From the NCBI GenBank assembly GCA_964016885.1, contig OZ024743.1, positions 184,636,001 to 184,700,000 on the forward strand: 64,000 nt of DNA, in the 5' to 3' direction. The notes under the pieces were generated by a model. It did no database searches, was not told where the DNA came from, and saw nothing but the letters and a program-made list of their open reading frames with translations. This stretch comes from Eledone cirrhosa. Its lineage: Eukaryota. Position numbers and translations under genes: made by a program. This document shows, piece by piece, positions 13,401 to 26,000 of this stretch (within the stretch, counting starts at the first letter, position 1; every line of letters begins with the position of its first letter).

Positions 13401-16400
13401 AGTTTTAGTCATTAGCCTGTGGCTATGCTGAGGCACTGCCTTCAAAGGATTAAGTTGATTATATTGACACCCTTACCTATGTTTTTCAAGTCTGGTACTC
13501 ATTTCATCAATCTCATTTTTTGTTGAACTGCTAAGATACAGGACATAAACATGGACACACATACACACAGTGTGTTTCTGCATAATTCTTATCAACCAAA
13601 TTTTACTCACAAAGAATTAGTCAATCTGAAGCTTTAGTAGGTGCTCTGCAGTGGGACTGAGCCTGAAACCAAGTGGTTGTGAAGTAAATTCCTTAGCCAT
13701 ACAACCATATCTCCAATTTCTTTAGTTATTTATCATTCAATTCATTATATATGATTATAATATGTTTTACTTTTAACCTCCTCATTAGAGCTGAAAAATT
13801 CTTTAATGCTTACATCCACATTCTGTTTTAATCAGGATGTACATGTGTCTGGTCTAGTTGATGCCCTTAGTTTAGAAATAAAGGCACTGTGTACACATTC
13901 AAGAATAAGACACCTGATCCAACTGATCAAAACATTGTATAGGCGTAAATATTTTTTAAACCTTTCATCTTCAAAGGTAAGATTAATAGCCTGTAAAATG
14001 ATAACCTTATTAACAATAACTCATCTCAGTATACAATAGTTTTAAAGTTATTATATACTTCATTTTGTCCCACTTCAATTTACTGTAGTTCTTATATTTG
14101 TGTTACCAATTTAGAATATGTATATATCCCTGTGTGTCATATGAGATAACTAAAAGGGTTGGTGCCAGGAAAGGCATCTGGCGGTAAAGCATTCTCAAAA
14201 AGGACCCCATAATAAATTTGAAGTATGTCATGTTGTTGTTTATATATATGAGTGTTTATTGTTTTCAGAAAAGCAAATCATACTTCACTGTGATAGAGTT
14301 GCTGTGAAATTATCACTGTATCATATGAGTCATCATCATCTGGCTCTGGGCTCTTTGAAACAACTGATCAAGAAAGCTACTGAAAGGCACCCTTCACATC
14401 CATATTTTCTCAAGATCTTAGTTCACATTGAACAGAGCTCCTGGCTAATGGGAAATCTACGAAGATACTTTGATCACTGCCTTCTCAGCTCAACTTTGGC
14501 TTCACCTGTTCTGCTACTTTTTGCTTTAAGCTATGAATTAGAACATCAAAATAAACTTGAAAAACAAGCATTAGTTGGTATGGCAGACTATTTCATTCTC
14601 TTAAATTTATTTCTCATTACAAGATGTAAATAAACTTTTTAGAAACATGTAAATGATTTCTAAATAAAATGCAATTCAACATCATTTTATGTCCACTTTT
14701 CCATGCTTGCATAAGTTAGACAAGTCTCAATCACTTACATGTTAATTCATAAGTTAGATGATCAGATGCTCAAATGACTGAATGTTCATCTTAGCATGGC
14801 ATTGTTTGATTGTGTATCTAATTTAGAATTGGTACTCTATCCCTGCATGTCATAAGAAGTGGCTAAAAGGGCTGGTGTTAGGAACCTTTACCTGAAAGAA
14901 AAATCCTACCCAACCCATGCCAGCATATAAAAATTGACATAAAAACATCGATGTTGATGTTATGGTATATTGTTTTTATATTCTTTAGATGGAATGTTTT
15001 GTGCTACCTCTGGATTACTGTTTCGGTTACGTTCACTATTTGAACGAGGCTTAAATCAACCCCAAATTTGTAACTGTCCTTTGATATGGAGACTTTATTT
15101 ATATATTGAGGTAAGTCTAATTTTTTTGTTATAAATTTACATTAATGTTAATTTGAAGTTAACCTTTTTGATACCAACCCAAAGACAAGGGGATAAACTT
15201 GGTGGTGGAATCGTAGGGTGGATGAAACTATTAAGACCAAGAGACAGGTATGGAAAGAATGGGAAGCAAAGAACATTACCAAGAGGCTAGGCGACAAGTA
15301 TACTGTGCGAGGAGGGAAGCAGAAAATAAAAAGCATAGCAACATCGTCAACTGCTACAAGGGCAAAGATGTTCTAGAATGAGAAAACTATAGAGGCATCA
15401 AGTTGATGGACCAGATCGTGAAGGTTGCAGAAAGAGTTATAGCATAGCTGATTAGGGATCAAATTAACATAAATGAGGTGCAGTTCAGATTTGTGCTAGG
15501 TAAAAGTACCGCTGATACTCTCTTCCTTGCGAGACAACTGCAAAAGTACCTAGCTAAAAGTACTTGGCATTTGTTGACCTGGAGTAAGCATTTGCCAGAG
15601 TCTCCCATTCCATAATCTAATGGGAGCTTAGGAAACTAGGGGAAGATGATTGACTTGTGAGGACAGTACAAGCAATGTATAGAGGAGCAGCCGGCAAGGT
15701 TAGAATTGATGACTATAGTGAGAAATTAAGCATGCATGATGGTCCCACAAGGGCTCCATATTTAGCCCTCTCCTGTTTATTATTGTCCTCCAGGCTATAA
15801 CAGAAGAGTATTTTGTGTATCTAGCGATATACGGTATGTTTATGAATTTTGGAAACTGATGGCGTGCCATCTAGTGGATTCCAGCAGAAGTAAACTGTCG
15901 ACTCTGGCCATTTTCAAGACAGTGCTCTCTTACCTTGCTCTCTATGCTGGAACCCAATATAGGTGAAAACATTATTTTGACACCTATGTACATGGGCCAA
16001 TTAGCCTCTTTTGCATATAGAGCTGTCGACTGGCTTGGCCAGAAAATAGAATTAAGGTGTTCGCTCTAACATAGCTGATGAGTTGTCATGTTCTCAGACT
16101 AGTCATGACAGGTGACTATGTCCTACTCATATATTCCATTCAGATATTAACATAATTATTTAATTTTTTTGTTTTCAGCACAAATATGGGGAAGCTGAGA
16201 GAGCTACTGGACTTTATTATCGAGCCTTACAACATTGTCCCTGGGCCAAGGTATTCATATAGTAATTTCCTATCACTGAATATTCTTTATTTTTTCAAAA
16301 CATTTAATATTGATTTCTATGATAGGCATAAGGCCATATTTCTAGAGGGAAGGTAAGTGTGTTATGTCTGGGCACTTACACCCAACATAGAACTAAGTGC

Positions 16401-17239
16401 TTCAGAAGGCTGCTACACATCCAATATACAGAATACAAGATTAACTGAATACTATTTAGTTGTAAACCTTTGTTCAAAATGTTCTTTTCAACTCTTCATT
16501 TGCCTAAACAAATGAAATTATTATTGACTTTTATTGTGGTGGCAATTACTGTAGACATTGAGGTAAATACTTGGTAAGAAATAAAAACCAAGGGGTTGAG
16601 GAGGGTGGATGCAGAGGTTAGGGCAAAATTGAAAAGCTTGTTATAGGGCGCTCATGACTAATTCCTACTTGAGCAGGGAAAATAACATTTAAATGCTTGA
16701 AGTTGTTGTTGTTTGATACTAGTTTGTTCAACTTGAGCTGCTAATGATCTTGAAAAGAATATGAATGGCACACAACCTTCTTCATATACAATATAAATCT
16801 CTTTAACTAATTTATTTTGTAAAATTTGTATAAGTTAAAATGTTGGAAATAAGAATATGTATTAGTTGCTGCTTGGCCTTAAAACATTGCCTAAAAAAAA
16901 AGAAGCGAAAATGGCTCTAAAACAGTTGTGGTTGAAATATGTATTAGTCTACTTTGTCCTATGGCACACTAACATATACATCTTTCATTGGAGAAAAATG
17001 TTTTTAGCTCATTTTATCTAATGCTCTTGTTGTTGTTGTTGCAGGCACTTTACAAAGATGCCATTGCCATGCTTGGTGACAGTAAGTTGCAGGATATTGT
17101 TGACCTAATGTTGGAGAAAGAGATGAGAATTCAAATTCCTATTGAAGAAATTGCCATTCTTAGAGGAGATGAAAACATTATTCCAGATATTACTCCAGCT
17201 GATCCAGAGAAAATTCCAGCAGATTCTTCTAAAGAATGA
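1467..17239 (+). CDS. NRDE2: Nuclear exosome regulator / nuclear RNAi-defective 2 (NRDE2) homologue, spliced, 5' exon not located
   Basis: Exons with consistent AG/GT sites and phases: 1467-1578, 3445-3620, 6737-6875, 7761-8740, 9847-10101, 10992-11443, 12619-13369, 14269-14577, 14989-15110, 16179-16250, 17045-17239 (TGA). Together about 1187 codons in one frame. Motifs typical of NRDE2: N-terminal DLAWLSNKSY, Lys-rich stretch, YNKRLHSEPHNVSLWMEFVSFQE, QAMLEFNLFCP, FESFWDSGVARFGEPGAEGW, HWLPWRP..EDLDRLVLFDDI, YYRALQHCPWAK, DLMLEKEMRIQIPIEE. Confidence 0.92.
1585..1960 (-). repeat. RTE/SINE-tail-derived tandem array of ~40-47 bp units in an NRDE2 intron
   Basis: About 7-8 degenerate copies of caccagcacgaccac(c)ttacagggtggactgggtgctttttt. 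It starts with the tttctacagttggatgcccttc..aacgccaacca motif found in the RTE 3' UTR (e.g. 39910-39950). Confidence 0.7.
4133..4255 (-). mobile_element. tRNA-derived SINE with Deu/Nin-like core, 5'-truncated
   Basis: Reverse complement contains B box gagttcaaatcc and core gcctttcatccttacggggg.gataaaataa..taccat; matches 17932-18114. Confidence 0.8.
4400..4580 (+). mobile_element. Solo PLE-type terminal repeat containing a hammerhead motif
   Basis: Nearly identical to 62578-62760; ends on (TA)n; hammerhead at 4454-4489. Confidence 0.75.
4454..4489 (+). ncRNA. Minimal type I hammerhead ribozyme motif (stem III mutated)
   Basis: tctt-CTGATGA-a-ggac-tacc-gtcc-GAAA-cctt-aaga. The sister copy has GAAAcgtt. 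Confidence 0.65.
6137..6652 (-). mobile_element. CR1-like LINE 3' fragment with (ATT)n tail
   Basis: Minus strand encodes RRATKCIPSIRHLPYSERLASLGIDSL..RLATDLVNTHKVI, a typical CR1 RT C-terminus. The same tail recurs at 23262-23432. Confidence 0.7.
15180..15810 (+). mobile_element. Decayed RTE LINE fragment
   Basis: Frameshifted remnants of [27 protein letters not shown], homologous to the intact RTE at 40188-42980. Confidence 0.8.
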
Positions 17240-17931
17240 CACAATGTAGATATTTTAAAATACTGTATGTAGTCAATGGTCATATTTTATTGCCACGACA
17301 GGTGATATCAACAAAACAGTATTTACAATTTTCTTGCTATTCCAAGGTCTTTCTCTAAAGTTATCTCTACTGCCATGAATCCATAAAAAAAATGTTTATC
17401 ACCGTAAAACTCATCCTTCCATTCAAAATTTCCTGATATTTTTCCAAAAAAATATATATATTTAAAAGCTATTGAAGTATTAATGATTCTATGTCTTAAA
17501 TTTGACTTTGTAAATGCTTATATTGATCAAATATGTATTGAATATAACTTTAAATTGAGCTGTACAATTGTACAGGAAAAAAAGATAAAAATGTTTATTG
17601 GAAGTTTTGCTGAATAATAAACTGTAGTGAGAAAGGGTTCTGAATGTTGTGGGCCATAATGTATTTTTATTACTTAAACAAATTATAATTCACATTTTAC
17701 TTTTTTTTTTTTTTTTTTTTTTTAATGTTAGAAATGATTACTGAACAGAAATAAATTAATTTGAAGATAGGTATCATATAAATTATGATATTTTAATCTA
17801 GATATTCTGACAAGGCCCGTAACCTATTGGTTATAGAGACATCATGAGAAAGCAGTCGTTATTTAGTGTATCTAGGACTTGTCCTTAGCACAAGCTAACA
17901 AAAAAATTGTTAATCTTTTAGTTATATTTCT

Positions 17932-18114
17932 ATGGATTGGCAGTATCGGTAGAGGGACGGACGCCATGCTTTCCAGCATAGTTACGTCCCTTTACGATCT
18001 GAGTTCAAATACCGCCGAGGTTGACTTTGCCTTTCATCCTTACGGGGTCGATAAAATAAAGTACCAGTAATGCACTGGGTAATTGCTGGCCTTGTGCCTA
18101 AAGTAGAAACAATT
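17932..18114 (+). mobile_element. tRNA-derived SINE with Deu/Nin-like core, near full length
   Basis: A-box-like tggcagtatcgg, B box gagttcaaat, core gcctttcatccttacggggtcgataaaataaagtaccag, tail ggccttgtgcctaaagtagaaacaatta. Further copies at ~20562-20750(-), 28782-28947(+), 29142-29292(-), 35775-35980(-), 49878-50065(-), 56335-56513(-). Confidence 0.85.
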
Positions 18115-18654
18115 ATATTTCTAATGAAAAATATTGCCCGTTATTTTAAAATCAATTTGAAGTGATTTAGTAATGCAATTATCTTTCTTGTTATTAAACT
18201 GGTGTTTGGAACATAACTTAAAGGTTCTCATATAAAATTATGATGGAAGGTTTTTACATAAATATAAGCACTTTAAAATAAAAAGTTTTATAGAAGCAGG
18301 GACAGTGAGGTGACTTAACATTAGAAGGATTAATTATTGTGCTGCTGTTGCTTGCAATATTAAGATTTGCCACACAGTTATGTGGATTGAGCAGTGCAGC
18401 GTATATGATAGGATATAAACTGTTGACCCTTCGACCCTTAAGCTGTTAGTATACCATTTTATCACATAAATTAAATTGCATTCATTTTCTGAGAGATACA
18501 GCTACCTATCTATATATTATAAATAGCATGTAGAAAATTGCAATCATTATTCTTGTCATTGTCTTGTGTGTGTGTGTATATATATATATACTTCGTTTTT
18601 GAATTTGTTTTGAAAGATTTTTCTCTGAAAACGTGTGTTGAAACAGATATTGTT

Positions 18655-18979
18655 ATACTTTGGGAGGGTCATGCTGCCAATAAAAACACATGCACCTGTT
18701 GGTTTTCACTTCAATTTATTATAAATTTCTGGTTGGTTGATTCGATAACTGGATGATTGTTTATATATTGTCAAAGCTCTTTCATCACACATTCTGTGAC
18801 TTACACCATGGTGTAGGACAGAATAAAGGAGAGACAAAATAAAAACCCAGTCACTGAGGAGGTCACAGAATGTGTGATAAAAGAGCTTTGACAATATATA
18901 AACTGGAATTTATAATAAATTAAAGTGAAAATCAACAGGTACATGTGTTTTTATTGGTAGCATGGCCCTCCCAAAGTAT
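18655..18979. mobile_element. Fold-back (inverted) pair of PLE terminal repeats with a decayed hammerhead
   Basis: Ends atactttgggagggtcatgc / gcatggccctcccaaagtat are inverted. Same family as 48084-48300 and 62830-63070. Hammerhead-like 18850-18892 has GAAA changed to AAAA. Confidence 0.8.
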
Positions 18980-19011
<32 letters not shown>

Positions 19012-20010
19012 ATATCAAATGCTTTATGGCAATTTTTCCTGCCAAAGAAAGGGTTAGCCTTCACACACATGGTAAGGTCTTTTTTAAGGTGATGTTTTAC
19101 AGCTAGATGCTGTTCCTGGCACCAACCCTTTTAGTTGCTGCTTACAACACAGATTGTTACAGCATACATATTCTAAATAAGATACACAGAATATAAATAA
19201 AACACAAATCTGCACTTAGAACCATGTAGGATAAAATTTATTAACTGTTATGTATTTAGTGGGATTTGATGTTACCTCGCCATTTCAAACACCAATAAAA
19301 ATAAGAATAAAATTTTCACAAACAAGTTATTCCATATAGTTATTTACCATTAGCAACCTGATGCAATTTTCAACAATAGCAAATATATAACCAGTTGGTG
19401 AGTAATAAAATATTACTATAAGTGACACCTGTTTGAGCACTCTATTTTCATGTGAATTGGATATTCAGTGTTAAAAGTGTATTAACACCAACATCTGTTT
19501 GTTATTGGTGTAATATGCAGAATGTTTATATTAAACACGAAAGTTCAAAGTTTCAATTTAACATATTCATAATCATGCATAACATGTTTTGCAAATGGCC
19601 AGCTCGTAGCCTTAATTGATTACAATCAGCTTTGACTCTGGAATCAATTTGCTAATCAAACGCAGTGGAAATCAGAATTGGAATATGTTCGTCTCTTTCT
19701 TTATATAGATATATTTATATATATCAGAGTGACATGTATGGTAAGACAGGTGAATGCTACATTTGGATATAGCACACTATGAAATATTCTGTGTTTATTT
19801 TGAATGAAAACCCTGAGACTGGTCTAGTTAACTTGGTATACAGTCTGATTGTTGCTACATCCAGCAAGTGTATACTGTCTTCTATCCTACATAAAGTCTG
19901 TTTATTTCTTTACTTACTGTATTATACTTTATAAATTGAATAAAATATACATCATTTTGTAGATTTGTTTCAGTTACTTCAATGATTCCATAAGTAGATT
20001 ACTTTTGAGT

Positions 20011-23000
20011 TTAGCCTTCCAATGGTGTATGAAGGAAGCTACGATATTGCTCTGGTACAGCATCATATAGTCCTGAAATGGTAATCAAACAACGATGTCA
20101 TCAATATAGAGTTATTAAAAGAACGAAATGTTTCCATAGTCTCACACAAGAGACATGCATCCAAACTTGAGTTTCACAAAGCTAATCCCAGCTGGCACTT
20201 CACATGCAGCGATCTACAGTCACATAAAACCTAACCCAAATCACTGTCTGCATCAACTACCAATGAATGAACAAACTTTTATTCGCAAATAAAGGCCTAT
20301 CTGATGCTATATCATAGAGAGTTAATAATTATTGCAAATTTGATATGTTTAATTAATTTATAACATTTCTTTTAAATATTAACCCTTTAGCATTTAAACT
20401 GGCCATATCCGGCCAGAATTTTCTCACTTCTTTCTGTTCAAAAAGGCTGCAACCGGCCACTCATACTGATGTTAAGGTATTGTTCTCAACATAAATATCA
20501 AAATCTCATAGATTCGATATTATGTGAGGTAAAGTGTTTACCATGAAAATATAATAGTATAAATAATTGTTTCTACTTTTAGCACAAGGCCAGCAATTAT
20601 CCCAGTGTATTACTGGTATTTTATTTTATTGACCCTGTAAGGATGAAAGGCAAAGTTAACCTCGATGGGGTTTGAACTCAGACCATAAAGGGACGTAACT
20701 ATGCTGCAAAGCTTGGTGTCCAACCCTCTACCAATACTGCTAATCCACCACCTATAATGTACATGCTAAAGGGTTAAACATACTATACAAAATAAAACTA
20801 TTTTCTAGTTCTTTCTAGCACTGATTAGTAAATTGATAATTGAAAACTATTTTATAATAAAAGAATAGATAAACAAACACTAAATGAATAAAAATCCCAT
20901 ACCTCTCTTTTTTAATTCTGTTTCACTAAACAACTTGTTATAATACCTCTGAAATATGAAACAAAGTAATATAAAAATTATATATATATATAAATGAAAA
21001 ATAACTAGCTTTCTCATTAAGCTGGTGATTGGAACATAGTTGGAAGTTTTTTTAAAGATAAATATAAGCACTTTAAAATAAACAACTTAGTATCATGGAA
21101 CAAACAGTTTGAAACCACAAAGATTAAATCTATTTTTCATAAAATGCAGCCACATTAAAATTATGTCAGTACTAGGTGATATGTACTCCTTCCTTCTTAA
21201 GGTTTCACTAGTTATTTATCAACTACAGTCATTTCATTCTATAGTGGTATATCATCATCATCACCGTTTAACGTCCGTTTTTTCACGCTACCATGGGTTA
21301 GATGGGTTGTCACGTTATTAGACAAGTTAGGTCAGGTGAGCACATCATGCTTATATGGGTCTCTATTTTGATTTGGTTTCTATGGTTGGATGCCCTTCCT
21401 AACAACCATGTTAACAGGGTGGACTGGGTTCTTTTTATCGTGGTGCTTTTTGCATGTCACCAGCACAACCACCTTACAGTGTGGACTGGGTGCTTTTTGT
21501 CCATCAGAGCATCAAGCTTGATTTCTTTCCGATCTTTAGAGGTCCTCTGCACACAGCGCCCAGGTCGTACTACCATGCAGCATTGTGTTTGTATACACAC
21601 ATCATAAAATCTGCCCTTCATTTTGAGAGGAAAACCTTTTGTAGTTACCAGCAGTAGTAGCTCTCTAACTTTCTCCATCCTTTCCACTCTAACTATTGTA
21701 CTTTCAGAAAATTCACCTCCACTGTTAGTTTCTGTTACCTAGGTGACCAAATTATCTACTACTACAGAGCCCTCTGGGCATTTAAAGGAGTTTGTATTCT
21801 GTGAGCTCTTGCTATTTATTACTCCAGTGCATTGACCACATATAAAACTTATGTTCTTTGCTAGAAGGGTTTATTTTTAACAAGGTACTTCTCCTAGGAA
21901 GTGGACATTAGTAATATTTTTACCTGACATAAATCCAAACCGCATCTCATCTAGGTTAACTCGGTCCCTAATCAGCTATGCTATAACTCTTTCTGTGATC
22001 TTTATGATTTGGTCTATGAACTTGATGCCTCTATAGTATCCTATCTAGAGCATTTCCTTTGCCCTTGCAGCAGTTGACGATGATACTGTTATACCAGTAA
22101 TTGGGTATGACACCATTTTGTATTACTTAGTTGGTGTGACCCACCATCCCAGATGCTTTCAGCATCTCAGCAACTATCCCCAAAAGTTCAGCTGCTTTGC
22201 TTGCCTTACTACACTGCTGCTGACTTGTACGACTGGTCCCGCTGTTTAGTTTACTTGGGGCAAACTATCTTCCTCCCATGCATTCTCCTCATTCAGTAGT
22301 CTTTCATAGTGGCACTTCCAAGCTACTTTCTTTTCAGCATCAGTGAGGGCAAGTACACCATTATCATCTTGGACATACTTCTTCCTAACAAAATTACAAT
22401 TTTCCCTGACACACTGTCTTGCAACCATGAACATTGCAAAACATGCTTGAATTTTTTTATTTTCTGTTTCCTTTCCTGCAAAATATACTTGTCACCTAGC
22501 ATCCTGGTAGTGTTCAAAATTCCCACATTCTGCCATTCCTAAAGGCCTGTCTCTTGGCTGTGTTTCATTCACCCTACTACTCCCCCCTCTAGAGACCTGC
22601 TCCAGCCACAGATTTCATTTGTCACCTTCAGCAGATTATCTTTCAGGAACTCCCACTTCTGGAGATAAATGAGGCAAGCATGCTTCGATGGATATGCAAA
22701 CTTAATGTCTGAGAACGACAAAACATTGATGAACTCTGCAAGAAACGGTATAAGAGGAATCAGAAGTAGTATGCAGGAGAGGAGACTGCATTGGTATAGA
22801 CAAATGATGCTCATGGATGATGATCGCTGCATGATGAAGTACCAAGTAATCTCGGTGGAAGCAAGTTACAGTAAAGGTAGACCAAGGAAGACCTGGATGG
22901 AAGTGGTGAGAACTGATCTCAGATTGCTAAAGCACATGGAAAAGATGACAAGTGGAGAGATGCTGTACTGAGTAGGACCCGTCCAACGCATGCACTCATG

Positions 23001-26000
23001 GAACAACAGACATAAAATGATGATGATGAGTCATTCCTGATTTAAATGTTCCTCTTCTTATTCTATGGTGGTATATAAATATATATATATTCAGTCATTC
23101 CTGATTTAGATGTTTCTCTTCTCATTTAGGCTATCTAGTGTTCCTCTCTTTTGACTTTTAGAGGCCTCCCAGTTTCTTTTTTATAAGACTACCTGCAGTG
23201 TTCCTCTTTTCTGATTTTCTGAGGCTTCTCAATTGCTTTTTTTATAAGACCACCTACACCTGGGCACTGTACACAATATTTCATTATTGTTATTATTATT
23301 ATATCATGACTCATACACTGTTCATTTTCCTGACATTTGTACATTATTCTATGTACTATACATGCACCTTTGATGAGTTGTAGTGCACCTGAGCACTGTA
23401 CACAATAATTTCATTATTATTATTATTATTATTAAATGCATAGGATGTTATCATCATGATCATCACGATATCTAGCATGAGTTTGACAGGTTGTCATAGA
23501 CTGACGGGTTTGGAGAACTTTGTCTTGCTCATATGTTCCATTTTTTTGCAAGGCTTCTACAACTAGTTGTTTTTCCTAATGCCAACCACTTTACAGAATC
23601 CACTGGGTGTATTTTATTGTGGCACTAGCACTATCATTTAATATGGCGTACCAGGTGTATTTTATTGTGACACCAGCACCACAAACAAATGACAGGGAAA
23701 CTATTTTGACCTGCTAGAAATAGCAGCCAAATCTCCCTCGAATTACACCCTACACACTTGAGAACGGAAGGACATTTTGAAGAATCTAATCATAGATACA
23801 TTATGTGCATAAAAAAATAGAGTAGTCAAGGCTTGAACGTCTTAAGCATAAACTTACTTGATTATGACGGACCTGAGTCTTTGTATATGTAAGAGTAACC
23901 ACAGCATATCCTTAAAACAAAATTCCCATTTATATAATTTTAAGTGAAATGAAGAGTGTGAGTGTATTATAAACATACCTGACCAGTATCACAAAGACAG
24001 GTCACCACTGTATGCCCTGGTCCAAGAGATTTTGCCACACGAACAGCAGCAGCAACATTAAGCCCTGAAGATGCACCCACAAAGAAACCTTCCTCTCCCA
24101 GGAGTCGAAAGACCTTTAATAGAGAAATGAAGATCATAAAATCATATGAGTGACAAAGAGATCAAAGATAAAAAGTTATTTTTAAAAGAAAAATGTTTAC
24201 TTGTTGAGTTTCCCTGGTCATCATCATTCTATGTCTGCTTTTTTCATGGTGGTATATGTCAAGTCAGCCCTTATTTGATGTTGCAGCCCTCCTAGATGAC
24301 TTGGGAGCTATGTCTTGTTCATATGTTCCACGTTTGGCTTGGTTTCTGCAGCTGGATGCCTTTTCTAACACCAACCACTTCACAGAATTTACTTGGTGTA
24401 TTTTATCATGGCACTAGTATCAGAGATTATATCCTTAACAAAACTAAAGAGTCTTCTCTCTAGTCTGATCTCTTAAGAAGAAATGGGTAGAAGAGTGGCT
24501 TGAGAGAGCAGTACAAGCTATGTACAGAAGTGCAGTCAGTAGAGTGATATTTTATGAGTTTAGTGAAGAATTTAGCATGCAGGTGGAGGTCCACCAGGGC
24601 TTTGTCCTTAGTCTTATTATTATTGTCTACCAGGCCTTAACAGAGGAGTTTAAGACTGGCTGCCCACAGAAACTCCTATATGCTGATGATCTAGCCATCA
24701 TACCTGAATCTGAAGCAGAACTAGAGAAGAAATTTCCAACTTGGAAGCAAAAACCTGGAAACAAATGGCCTTAAAGTCAACTTGGCAAAGACTAAAATTC
24801 TAGTAAGTAGAAAAGAAAATAGGATTAGGAAAGGTGTAGGTAGAAATTCCAATATATTTACTAAATATAAACTATGAATACACAAGACATGTAGTGAAAT
24901 CTTAGGCTGGCTAGCAAAGGATGGAGGCTTTGAAAGTGGAAGATACACAGGAGCAGTAAACAACAAGGGGTCACATGAAACAAGCTCTATCAAATGCTCA
25001 GAGGGTTCCCAAGTAGTTGACAGCTGTTATCTAGGTTACCAAATTAACAGTGGAGGTAGGTGTTTTGAAAATATAGTAGCCACAGTGAAAACAAGATGAA
25101 AAAAGTTCAGGGAGCTACTACAACTGCTAGTTTATGCTTACTCCTTTTCTAAATATTGAGCATGGTCTCTTCCTTGAGGGAATCTTGGTCCTATCTTCTC
25201 TCCTACTCACTAGCACTTTAGTTTTTGCTAAGTTTACTCTGACCTTTTGATTCCAAATTCTGTTTCCATAATCAGAATTTATTTTCTAGTTCTTTTTTGA
25301 TGTCAGCTATAAGGACCAAATCATCTGCATAGAGAAGTTCCCATGGGCAGCTAATCTTAAACTGCTCTATCGTAGCCTGGAGAACTATAATGAATAGTAG
25401 TGGGCTAAGAACTGAACTGTGATGAACTCCTACCTGTACCTTGAATTCCTCACTAAACTCATTTCCTACTATCACTTTATGGACGGTTCCTTTGTACATA
25501 GCTTGCACTGCTCTCACAACCCATTATTCTATACCTAATTTCATTAAGGACCACCAGATAATAGATCAAGGTACACTGTCAAAGGTCTTCTCTAGATCAA
25601 CAAAATCTAAATATAGTGGATTATTTTTGAAGAACTTCTCTTGTAGTTGTCTCACTAAGAAGAGGGCATCTGCAGTACTTTTCCCGGGCATGAAACCAAA
25701 CAGCATCTCATCTATTTTGACTCTTTCCCTAATTAGCTATAATTCTTTCTGTCATTTTCATAACTTGGTCCATTAGTTTTATTCCTCTATAGCTGCTCCT
25801 TTCTAGAGCATCACCTTTGCCCTAGTAGCAATTTATGATTGTACTGCTGTGCCAGTCATTAAGTATGACTCCACCATGTATTACTTGATTTACTATACAG
25901 GTTACTAGTTTGACTCCTACCTCTCCCGATGCTTTTAGCATTTCAGCAATTATTTCTGATGTTCCTGCAGCTTTACTATTCTTTATCTCCTTGATTCCAT

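Noticed and set aside
14097-14165. Degenerate ccctg..tgtcataaga..ctaaaaggg motif (also ~14840 and ~34525) as an HDV-like ribozyme
   Set aside because: Could not build the nested double pseudoknot from these decayed copies.
1467-17239. Functional link between NRDE2 (nuclear RNA surveillance) and the neighbouring TE/ribozyme cluster
   Set aside because: Proximity alone in a repeat-rich genome; nothing in the sequence supports coupling.
17932-18020. tRNA gene (A and B boxes), also at 45319-45390
   Set aside because: Multi-copy SINE heads followed by SINE cores; no complete cloverleaf evident.
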